Shown here: positions 15,861 through 22,376 of the stretch, in pieces
Numbering within the stretch: the first letter of the stretch is position 1
How the letters are laid out: each line of letters begins with the position of its first letter
Source of the DNA: Candidatus Saccharimonadales bacterium
GTDB taxonomy: Bacteria > Patescibacteriota > Saccharimonadia > UBA4664 > SCTI01
Length of the DNA: 24,000 nt
Direction: 5' to 3'
Assembly: GCA_030150485.1 (NCBI GenBank)
Contig: JASLFZ010000061.1
Coordinates: 1-24,000 of the forward strand
Notes under the pieces: generated by a model
The model's input: only the letters and a program-made list of their open reading frames with translations
The model's database searches: none
Told to the model about the DNA's origin: nothing
Made by a program: the position numbers and the translations under genes

Positions 15861-18578
15861 TTATAAATCACCCCAGCTTTTACCAATAGCTGTATCGGCA
15901 GCAATAGGTACGCCCAGATCGTACACGTTTTCCATGGTGTCTTTCATCAGCTTGGCAACCACGTCGCCTTGAGACTCGTCGGCTTCGACGATAAGCTCGT
16001 CGTGAATTTGCAGTAACAGCTGCGCGCCTTCGGGAAGTTTAGGCGCCAGGGCGATCATGGCAAGCTTCATAATATCGGCGGCGGTGCCCTGCAGCGGTAC
16101 GTTTACTGCCATGCGTTCGGCAGCGTTACGGATCTGGAAGTTACTGGAATTAATTTCGGGACAGGGGCGACGGCGGCCAAGCAGCGTGGCGGTGTACTCG
16201 TGCTCGCGGGCAAACTCTTTGGTAGCCTCAATGTAGGCGGCCAGTGGCTGGCGAATCTCAAAGTAACGTTTAATGAACTCCCCCGCTTCCTCGCGGTTCA
16301 TGCCGGTCGCCACACTCAACCCATGGGGGCTCATGCCATACATTACGCCGAAGTTAATGGTTTTGGCGCTGTAGCGTTGCTCCTTGGTAACCTTATCGAG
16401 CGAGATTCCAAACATTTCGGCGGCGGTCTGCTGGTGCAGATCAATCCCCCGCTTGAAGGTTTCAATCATGTTCTTATCTTTGCTGAGTGCCGCGGCCACC
16501 CGGAGCTCAATCTGGGAGTAATCGGCGCTCACAAGCACGCGACCCTTTGGCGCTATAAAGGCTTTGCGGATTTCACGACCAAGCTCGGTGCGAACGGGAA
16601 TGTTCTGCAAGTTAGGATCAGTAGAGCTGAGGCGCCCGGTCTGGGCAATGGTCTGATTAAAGCGTGTATGGATGCGGCCGTGCTTATCAACGAGCTGAGG
16701 TAATGCCTCAACGTACGTAGAACGCAGTTTAGTAAGCTCCCGGTACTCGCTAATTAGCGGGACGATGGGATGAGCGTCGCGCAACTTTTCCAGCTCGGTG
16801 GCAGCGGTGGAAAAGCCGGTTTTGCCTTTCTTTACGCCAACTTTATTGAGGTCCAGCTTAGTAAAGAGAATGTCGGCGAGCTGGGAGGGCGAGGCAATGT
16901 TAAACTGATCGCCGGCCAGGTCCCAGATTTGCTGCTGTAGCTTGGCAATTTCGGCGGTTAACTTTTCATTAAACTTAATGAGAAAGTCACTATCGAGCTG
17001 GATGCCGGTGAGCTCCATATCACCTAATACTTCGATAAGCGGCCATTCGGTTGCGGCGCCGAGCTTATCCAAGCCGGCAGATTTGAGCTCGGGACGCAGC
17101 CGTTCGTAGAGGCGCCAGGTCATATCGGCGTCTTCGGCGGCGTAGCGCGTGGCGGGCTCGATCGCTACCGCGTCGAAGGTGATCTGAGTGCGCCCGCTGC
17201 CAATCACCTCACTAATGGGAATCATTTCGAAGCCAAACTCTTTATACACCAGATCATCAAGCGATTGGCTGCGGCCCAGCGGGTTGAGCAAAAAGGCGGC
17301 TATCATGGTGTCGAAAGCGATGTTCCGCGGCGTAACGCCGTGACGTTTGAGGATCTTGTAGTCGTACTTGGCGTTATGGGCCACCTTGGCAATCGCAGGA
17401 TTCTCAAACACCTCTTTGATGGCAGCGCAAACCTCATTACGCTTTAATTGAGTGCCCTCGGTATGCGCCACCGGGATATAGTAGGCCTCCCCTGTCTTCA
17501 CGCTAACCGAGATACCCACGAGATCGGCTACGATTTCATTAACGCTGGTGGTTTCGGTATCAAAGGCAAAGGCGGAAACGGCCGACAGCGTTTTGACTAG
17601 ATCATTAAGTTTGGCAGCCGTATCAACGGTCTCGTAGCGAACGTCGTCGAGGTGGGCGCGCGTTTTCTCCACGGCAACGGCATCGTTAAATAAGGTTGGA
17701 GCGGTAGTAATTTCTGGCGGCAGCTTGGTCAGAAGATTCTTAAACTCCAGGCGGCGGAACAGCTCGTGCGTGGCAGCGCGATCATACTTACCGAGCTCGG
17801 CCGGCTCAAGCTCGAGCTTAATTGGCGCATCACAGACGATAGTGCTTAATTTTTGGCTTAAATAAGCCATATCTTTGCTATCCACCAGACGCTCCTTCAG
17901 CTTACCCTTCAGCTCGTCAACGTGCTCATAGACGCCATCCAAGCTGCCATAGGTAGTGATCAAATCCTTGGCGGTCTTCTCCCCCACCCCCTCAACTCCA
18001 GGAATATTATCGGAAGCGTCCCCTTTAAGCGCCTTGAGATCGATAAACTGCTGGGGGTCCACGCCATAGCGCTCGTGCAGCGCCGCCAGGTCGTAAATAA
18101 CGGTATCGGTAAAACCGCGCCGCATGGTGTAGACCTTGGTGTTTTCGTCGATTAGCTGCAACTCATCAAGGTCGCCAGTCACAATGATAGTCTCAAGCCC
18201 ATGTTTTTTGGCCTGATGGCCCAGCGTACCAATAATGTCGTCAGCTTCATAGTTCTCGAGCTCAATCCAGGGCAAGCCGAGCGCCTCAGTAACCTCGCGC
18301 GTATAGGGAATTTGAGCATAAAGATCGTCCGGCTGCTTCTTGCGGTGGGCCTTGTAGGCGGGGTACAGCTCCTTTCGAAAGGTGGCGCTAGACTTATCCC
18401 AGGCAACAATAGCGTATTTAGGTTTCAGATCGGCTAGGACTTTTAGCAGAATAGTCGTAAAGCCAAAGGTAGCATTGGTGGGTACACCCTCGGAGTTGCT
18501 AAGGTGCGGTATGGCGTGGTAGCCCCGGTGAAATACCGCGCTCCCATCAACCAGAACGAGACGATCTTTTTTAGCCAT
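15861..18578 (-). CDS. polA: DNA polymerase I, full length (5' nuclease, 3'-5' exonuclease and polymerase domains)
   Basis: Exo motifs FAFDTETTS, HNAKYDYKIL and YAAEDAD. Pol motif A SADYSQIELR, motif B RYSAKTINFGVMYG, motif C LQIHDELIVE. I use the ATG at 18578 (MAKKDRLVLVDGS...). TATACT (18590-18585) lies 6 nt upstream and there is no SD. Confidence 0.95.
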   Translation of the reverse strand: MAKKDRLVLVDGSAVFHRGYHAIPHLSNSEGVPTNATFGFTTILLKVLADLKPKYAIVAWDKSSATFRKELYPAYKAHRKKQPDDLYAQIPYTREVTEALGLPWIELENYEADDIIGTLGHQAKKHGLETIIVTGDLDELQLIDENTKVYTMRRGFTDTVIYDLAALHERYGVDPQQFIDLKALKGDASDNIPGVEGVGEKTAKDLITTYGSLDGVYEHVDELKGKLKERLVDSKDMAYLSQKLSTIVCDAPIKLELEPAELGKYDRAATHELFRRLEFKNLLTKLPPEITTAPTLFNDAVAVEKTRAHLDDVRYETVDTAAKLNDLVKTLSAVSAFAFDTETTSVNEIVADLVGISVSVKTGEAYYIPVAHTEGTQLKRNEVCAAIKEVFENPAIAKVAHNAKYDYKILKRHGVTPRNIAFDTMIAAFLLNPLGRSQSLDDLVYKEFGFEMIPISEVIGSGRTQITFDAVAIEPATRYAAEDADMTWRLYERLRPELKSAGLDKLGAATEWPLIEVLGDMELTGIQLDSDFLIKFNEKLTAEIAKLQQQIWDLAGDQFNIASPSQLADILFTKLDLNKVGVKKGKTGFSTAATELEKLRDAHPIVPLISEYRELTKLRSTYVEALPQLVDKHGRIHTRFNQTIAQTGRLSSTDPNLQNIPVRTELGREIRKAFIAPKGRVLVSADYSQIELRVAAALSKDKNMIETFKRGIDLHQQTAAEMFGISLDKVTKEQRYSAKTINFGVMYGMSPHGLSVATGMNREEAGEFIKRYFEIRQPLAAYIEATKEFAREHEYTATLLGRRRPCPEINSSNFQIRNAAERMAVNVPLQGTAADIMKLAMIALAPKLPEGAQLLLQIHDELIVEADESQGDVVAKLMKDTMENVYDLGVPIAADTAIGKSWGDL

Positions 18579-18600
18579 ATTCCCAGTATACCAAGCGGGC

Positions 18601-18647
18601 ACCTCTATCCGAGATTACTCGCCCTTAGAGTAATCTCGGATAGAGGT
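18601..18647. repeat. Perfect 20-bp inverted repeat with a 7-nt loop
   Basis: acctctatccgagattactc (18601-18620), loop gccctta, gagtaatctcggatagaggt (18628-18647). There are no mismatches. It lies 10 nt upstream of the polA -10 hexamer and at the 3' end of the candidate RNA below. Confidence 0.9.
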
Positions 18648-18990
18648 CCGAGCTTCAGCGTTGGCTGAAACTCGGAGAGTGCCACGTGGAAGGAGTCTCG
18701 CTCTTCCGGACGTGAACTGGTCGCGAAGGCCAGTCATCCAGACTCAGGGCTGTTTTCTAGACAGACGTTCACGTTTTGAGCGCTAAAGGCAGTGCACCCA
18801 AAAGGTGAACGTCTAACCAGAAGGTTGGCCGGTAAGCTTCCGTAAATCGCTGCACGCTTTAAGTTGGTTTCGTGAGTATTTGCAGAGGCTTACCGGCTAT
18901 ACCGTTACCGGATTTTCGGCGGATCCATGCGTTGATCCCTCTCGCTTATATTGTTATGGTCCCGACCGGCCGCTGCCGCCTGCTCGATCT
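18648..18990 (-). ncRNA. Candidate structured RNA, unclassified. It could be an independent ncRNA or a long structured polA leader.
   Basis: About 345 nt have no ORF in any frame of the track. They hold a chain of strong helices:
- 18648-18675: 5+6 bp
- 18683-18714
- 18716-18734: 7 bp
- 18764-18813: 9+5 bp
- Long-range 10-bp perfect helix, 18828-18837 with 18888-18897
A consensus-like promoter lies immediately upstream on the minus strand. Strand assignment is tentative. Confidence 0.4.
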
Positions 18991-18996
18991 ACCCCA

Positions 18997-19025
18997 AGCA
19001 TAGCGCGGTACTTATTTTGTGTCAA
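18997..19025 (-). promoter_or_regulatory. Putative promoter (-35 TTGACA, N17, -10 TATGCT)
   Basis: Minus strand reads TTGACA (19025-19020), a 17-nt spacer, then TATGCT (19002-18997). It sits at the edge of an AT-rich tract (19021-19130). The predicted TSS is near 18990. Confidence 0.55.
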
Positions 19026-19120
19026 GAGTTTTTGACGCAAACAATTTATTTAATCACTATTTCTCGATATAAATTGCATTAATTAATGTCTGTTTGTCTT
19101 AACGTATTAACATCTTTGAC

Positions 19121-19147
19121 AAAAAAATAAAGCCTCCTACGGCTTTT
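19121..19147 (-). terminator. Rho-independent terminator, minus strand and possibly bidirectional
   Basis: Minus strand reads AAAGCC-GUAGGA-GGCUUU, then A and UUUUUUU. In plus coordinates the stem is 19129-19134/19141-19146 and the A-run is 19121-19127. Confidence 0.65.
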
Positions 19148-19342
19148 GATTAGTGTATTGAGGGGCAGGCGCCCCGGCTGTTGCCGGGACGCCCACACCG
19201 ATTGGAGCATAATTTACTGGTTTCTCATTGGGTGAAGTCCGTTAAGACTTTTTTGCCCAATCCAGGCTATGGACTGCTCCGACCGAGTTAACTCGGAAAC
19301 GGGACTAAACCCGCAGGACTACCTGTCGGTGTTAGCCCGACC

Positions 19343-19456
19343 CTAGTCTTCGACGCAGGAGCCGCCGGCGCCAAGCGCCGTGCGGATGTGGGTATTCGCC
19401 GTGGTGTCCATGGGGGACCTGCCCTCTGCCTGGGAACAACTTGGCATATATGCCAT
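19343..19456 (-). CDS. Candidate small protein of 37 aa: MAYMPSCSQAEGRSPMDTTANTHIRTALGAGGSCVED
   Basis: AAGGAG (19471-19466) with a 9-nt spacer before the ATG at 19456. This is the 3' part of track ORF 19343..19576. Third codon positions are mostly G/C, as in neighbouring genes. I recognise no homology. Confidence 0.35.
   Translation of the reverse strand: MAYMPSCSQAEGRSPMDTTANTHIRTALGAGGSCVED
19442..19455. promoter_or_regulatory. Perfect 14-bp palindrome TGGCATATATGCCA overlapping the small-ORF start codon
   Basis: tggcatatatgcca (19442-19455) is self-complementary. With flanking acaac/guugu it forms a roughly 10-bp RNA hairpin that buries the AUG while leaving the SD outside. It could also be a dimeric-regulator operator. 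Confidence 0.5.
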
Positions 19457-19633
19457 GTTGTGTATCTCCTTACTCGATGTGTTGTCAGACTCGCCAAGCG
19501 CCACAAGGTGCCTGGCGATGCTAGCCGTCAAGTGATGACAGATGTGATACCGACTTTGGTGAGTCGAGAAAGCCACAGAGCTTTGGTCTGTCTAATGGCC
19601 CTAATTTATCCGCATAACTTGACAACTACCGGC

Positions 19634-19662
19634 ATTGTAGCATAAGATCATTCCTCTGTCAA
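19634..19662 (-). promoter_or_regulatory. Near-consensus promoter (-35 TTGACA, N17 ending TGC, -10 TACAAT)
   Basis: Minus strand reads TTGACA (19662-19657), a 17-nt spacer, then TACAAT (19639-19634). It starts 3 nt after the trmB-like stop codon. The predicted TSS is near 19626. Confidence 0.65.
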
Positions 19663-19664
19663 TG

Positions 19665-20450
19665 TTAGTCGACAGATTTTTTGGGGTGATAATTATCCCA
19701 CGCCAACTCGTAGAGCTGCCGCAGGGCGCCAAGAATTTCTGGACTTTCAATGATAACCCCGATGGTATCGTTCGGGTCGTCCGGATAGCTTTGCATCACC
19801 GCCTTATCTTCGAAAAGCATGATATCAGCTTTGGCCCTCTCTGGTAGGCGCTTAGTTTCGCGCATAGCCTTAGGGTCGGAAGGCAATTCTTTACTAAAGG
19901 AGTAAAGCAAGCGAGTCCCAATCTTCTTTTTAAGGCGTTGGGCAGGGGTACGCTCCAACTCTCCTGGATCAATTTTAAGAACCGCATCAAAGTCGGAGAA
20001 TGAATACAACATAGTATTTGGCCGCGTGCGCTTCAACATCTGGCCGTTTATATTAATGAGCCCCTCCATGCCCTTAAAAAACCGCACAATCGGAGCGCCT
20101 TTAGATTCGCCCTTGCTCCCGACGGCGGAGGCCTGCAGCTCCGGCATGAGCCGCTCGAGCTCCTGCTTACGCAGATCAATCTCGTGCTGCTGGCGGGTAA
20201 ACAAAGTACCGAGCGCCTCGGGGGGCTCGGCCACATACACGGTCTTATTCTTTTCCTGCGACTGGCTAACCAGGCCGTACTCGGCCAGCTGATCGAGAAT
20301 CACGTAAGCGGTGGCGCGGTTAACATCTGCCTGGGTGGCAATGCGCTGCACTGGTGACGGACCGAGAAACAGTGCCGCCACATATACTCGAGCCTCTTTG
20401 TCGGAAAGGCCTAACGGCTCTAGGCGGGCGGCTAAATCGGTAATTTGCAT
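19665..20450 (-). CDS. TrmB-family transcriptional regulator
   Basis: N-terminal wHTH MQITDLAARLEPLGLSDKEARVYVAALFLGPSPVQRIATQADVNRATAYVILDQLAEYGLV, followed by a coiled region and a C-terminal domain. I use the ATG at 20450. TGcTATACT (TATACT at 20462-20457) lies 6 nt upstream, with -35 TTGAAA at 20484-20479. The track start at 20474 is TTG. Confidence 0.85.
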   Translation of the reverse strand: MQITDLAARLEPLGLSDKEARVYVAALFLGPSPVQRIATQADVNRATAYVILDQLAEYGLVSQSQEKNKTVYVAEPPEALGTLFTRQQHEIDLRKQELERLMPELQASAVGSKGESKGAPIVRFFKGMEGLININGQMLKRTRPNTMLYSFSDFDAVLKIDPGELERTPAQRLKKKIGTRLLYSFSKELPSDPKAMRETKRLPERAKADIMLFEDKAVMQSYPDDPNDTIGVIIESPEILGALRQLYELAWDNYHPKKSVD

Positions 20451-20520
20451 ATCCTTAGTATAGCACATTGTCAATGTTTTTCAACGCTTTATTGTGTGAT
20501 TAATGCGGGTACGGCGGCCC

Positions 20521-20538
20521 CGGGACATCCTTGTCCCG
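20521..20538 (-). terminator. 7-bp hairpin downstream of the RlpA-like gene
   Basis: cgggaca (20521-20527), loop tcct, tgtcccg (20532-20538). It lies 17 nt after the stop at 20555 and has no U-tract. Confidence 0.4.
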
Positions 20539-20554
20539 AGACCACCAGATGCAA

Positions 20555-21124
20555 TCAGCCGCTGTGGGCGTAATCCCACTTGACCTCGCCGGTACCTCCA
20601 AAGCCCAGTGCCTCCTTGGGGGCTTGTTGGAGGTCGAATTCGCGGCCAGCCACATAAGGACCGCGGTCAACCACCGTAACGTGCACGCACTTTTCAGTAG
20701 GTTCGTAACAGATACGGAGCCGTGTACCGCAGGGCATGGTCTTGTTGGCGACACCCATTTCGTTTTCCTGATAAACCCCTAGGCCAGGGCAGCCCAGGGG
20801 TCGACCGATGAAGCCAGGGCCGTACCAAGATGCTTCTGCGCTATGTGAGGGATATTTCGGCTTGGGATGGTGTTTGATCCACTCACGGCGCTTGCAGTGG
20901 ATGGTGACGCACAACTGCTTGGGTGTATGTCGAGTTGCTCGCTTCACAAATGCAGGCGAAGCGAGAGAGGTGCCGAGACTATTCGGCAGCGCCGGCGCCA
21001 GAGTGGCACCAGAGCGGGAGTTCGAGTTAGTGCTGGTCTCCGCTCCCGCAGTAGTGGGAATGAGGATCAACATCGAAAGCACGGCTCCTACGAGGATACG
21101 TAGGGCCATTTTGGATTGCGTCAT
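20555..21124 (-). CDS. Secreted RlpA-like double-psi beta-barrel protein, a putative cell-wall lytic transglycosylase family member
   Basis: Signal-peptide-like N-terminus MALRILVGAVLSMLILIPTTAGA. DPBB signature ASWYGPGFIGRPLGC...MGVANKTMPCGTRLRICY...VHVTVVDRGPYVAGREFDL. SD GAAAGG lies 6 nt upstream of the ATG. Confidence 0.85.
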   Translation of the reverse strand: MTQSKMALRILVGAVLSMLILIPTTAGAETSTNSNSRSGATLAPALPNSLGTSLASPAFVKRATRHTPKQLCVTIHCKRREWIKHHPKPKYPSHSAEASWYGPGFIGRPLGCPGLGVYQENEMGVANKTMPCGTRLRICYEPTEKCVHVTVVDRGPYVAGREFDLQQAPKEALGFGGTGEVKWDYAHSG

Positions 21125-21349
21125 CTTACGCCTTTCTTTTGGGCTGGGTGTGAGAAATCTCTCCTCGGTCCTTCAGTGGGGCTTGGGATGGAGCAATCGC
21201 CCTTCGCGACGGTGTCGGGACGACATTCGGGCAGAAGCCCGGAGTCATCCATACGATTCTAGACGATTACTCCAGACTGATCGCGAGCGATGCAGCCTGG
21301 ATGACCCTTTTATCTTATCATTACAGGTTTGGCGGCTCAAGCATGAGCA

Positions 21350-21661
21350 CTATTGGTTGATGTAGGTATCAGGATGTTCGGAGGGGTCTTGGGTGTCCGC
21401 ATCGCTGCCATCGGGAGCTTCCATAGCGGTTTGGCGCGCATCGGCAATGAAGAGATCGTCCGCCCTTAAGTCGTGCTCAACGGCTCTTGCTTCAGCTTCA
21501 GCGGCGGCGGCGTAGTATTCAGCTGCTTCGTTGCGACCGCCGGCGTTATCTACCTTACTATCAGCCAGTTCCTCCAGTGTGCGAGCTAGGCGCCGCTGTT
21601 CATTGGCAGAGGCGCGAGGATCTTCAGGGCCTGACGATTCCGGCGAGGGTGAGCCACTCAT
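21350..21661 (-). CDS. Hypothetical acidic, Ala/Glu/Asp-rich 103-aa protein
   Basis: The start overlaps the upstream stop as TAATG (21663-21659), suggesting translational coupling. The sequence is low-complexity and I recognise no family. Confidence 0.5.
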   Translation of the reverse strand: MSGSPSPESSGPEDPRASANEQRRLARTLEELADSKVDNAGGRNEAAEYYAAAAEAEARAVEHDLRADDLFIADARQTAMEAPDGSDADTQDPSEHPDTYINQ

Positions 21662-22275
21662 TAAAACGTACTCACGTCATAGCGCGGAAGGAGATTGGGG
21701 AAATCGCGAACCATGGCGGCGGCGGCAGCCGTAAGCTGTTCCAGGGTGCCATCGTTTGCGATGGTGGTGTCGGCGGCCGCAATAACCGCCTCAATCTGTT
21801 GAGCGGTACCGGCCCGCTCGGCCTCTTCGTTCGCCTTAAAGGTTTCGAAGCTAATATCATCGCCGGGGCGGGCACGCAGCCTGGAGCGCTCATAGCGAGT
21901 TTCAAGCGGTACATCGATAACGGCAATTTTGTCGCCACGCTCGTGCAGGAAGGTTACCTCAACAGCTTGACGCAAGCCGGGGTAGAGCAGAACCTCAATG
22001 CGGCTGGCTTGGGCTTGGGCAATTGACTGCTCGAGCCAGTAGGTGTAGCCGTGCGTTTCGGCAACGAGGTCGACCACATGGCGGAGCAGCGCGCGGTCGC
22101 CAGGGTCGCCAAGGTTGTGGTCGCGAACGTATTGGCGAATGAGATCGCCTGAGGAAACGAGAGCAACCTTGGTAGTGATGGCGACGAACTCGGTTTTAAG
22201 CAGGGCAGCAAAGGTGTCTTTGCCAGCGCCGGCGTACCCGGCGAGCGCCAGGATGGCGGGTTTTTGATCTGTCAT
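21661..22275 (-). CDS. P-loop nucleotide kinase-like protein (dNMP-kinase-like Walker A GYAGAGKDT)
   Basis: MTDQKPAILALAGYAGAGKDTFAALL... has the GxxGxGKDT P-loop typical of dNMP-kinase/AAA_17-like small kinases. I prefer the ATG at 22275, where TATGAT (22288-22283) lies 7 nt upstream. The track start is 22287. Confidence 0.7.
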   Translation of the reverse strand: MTDQKPAILALAGYAGAGKDTFAALLKTEFVAITTKVALVSSGDLIRQYVRDHNLGDPGDRALLRHVVDLVAETHGYTYWLEQSIAQAQASRIEVLLYPGLRQAVEVTFLHERGDKIAVIDVPLETRYERSRLRARPGDDISFETFKANEEAERAGTAQQIEAVIAAADTTIANDGTLEQLTAAAAAMVRDFPNLLPRYDVSTF

Positions 22276-22376
22276 ACATGTAATCATAGCAGACCTGGGG
22301 CTTCTAAAAACTACTACTCATATTTGAGTACTAAACTAGTAGTAGCGTGCACGGATTTGAGTGGTGGTTTTACAAC

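Larger units (their letters stand above)
19148..19626 (-). ncRNA. Candidate promoter-to-terminator transcription unit of about 505 nt (19626->19121), with a roughly 170-nt structured 5' region, a 37-codon ORF and a roughly 195-nt structured 3' region
   Basis: It is bounded by the promoter at 19662-19634 and the terminator at 19121-19147. An 11-position hairpin at 19168-19193 has its single non-Watson-Crick pair as G-U on the minus strand but C-A on the plus strand, which supports minus-strand RNA. Other local hairpins include gacta../..tagtc, ccgagttaactcgg and uuggg..cccaa. Confidence 0.45.

Noticed and set aside
152-18437. Numerous plus-strand (and some minus-strand) ORFs of 60-350 aa lying inside ftsK, rnj, pnp, polA, the DHH gene, holA, fpg, rpoD and others. 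Examples: 971..1741, 3349..4410, 4798..5367, 5766..6332, 6256..6861, 10291..10698, 12927..13391, 16200..16703.
   Set aside because: They are antisense or out-of-frame shadows of strongly supported conserved genes. Their translations are low-complexity (Arg/Ala/Gly/Val-rich), as expected in GC-rich DNA, and none has an RBS or promoter context.
19288-19645. Track ORFs 19288..19506(-), 19343..19576(-) at full length, and 19388..19645(+).
   Set aside because: They overlap each other in a region with promoter, terminator and hairpin signals. They lack RBSs at their annotated starts and have implausible sequences. Only the 3' 37 codons of 19343..19576, which have a perfect SD, are retained as a low-confidence candidate.
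18600-19660. RNase P RNA, tmRNA, SRP (4.5S) RNA or 6S RNA as the identity of the 1-kb non-coding gap.
   Set aside because: - RNase P: there is no GAGGAAAGUCCGGGC / ACAGAAnCCGGCUUA P4 pair. The AAGUCCG at about 19233 pairs locally with CGGACUU in a simple hairpin.
- tmRNA: there is no T-arm GGUUCGAnUCC, no acceptor/CCA end and no plausible ...LAA tag frame.
- SRP RNA: GUCCGGAAG at about 18703-18711 (minus strand) resembles the SRP domain IV loop, but the flanking bases cannot form the conserved helix 8.
A covariance-model search is still needed to be certain.
8160-20474. Longer N-terminal extensions offered by the ORF track: pnp to 8201, rpsO to 8610, rpsT from 11892, mazG-like to 13876, fpg to 14912, polA to 18602, trmB-like to 20474.
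   Set aside because: The extra residues are non-conserved and often start at TTG or GTG. They overlap upstream genes or hairpins. The canonical N-termini (MPELPEVE, MPIIASAIKR, MAKKDRLVLVDG and so on) begin at internal ATGs that have an SD or a correctly spaced -10.
21125-21349. c-di-AMP (ydaO-type) riboswitch upstream of the RlpA-like gene.
   Set aside because: Only a loose CCCGAA...CCGACA resemblance exists. The conserved GGGGA/ACGGGG elements and the pseudo-two-fold architecture are not visible. It is kept only as a low-interest leader observation.
22300-22350. Nested inverted repeats ctactact...agtagtag and tactca-tatt-tgagta upstream of the kinase-like gene, as a possible tRNA or ncRNA.
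   Set aside because: There is no tRNA cloverleaf and no T-arm or anticodon arm. It is AT-rich promoter-proximal DNA and may be an operator. I could not support any specific call.
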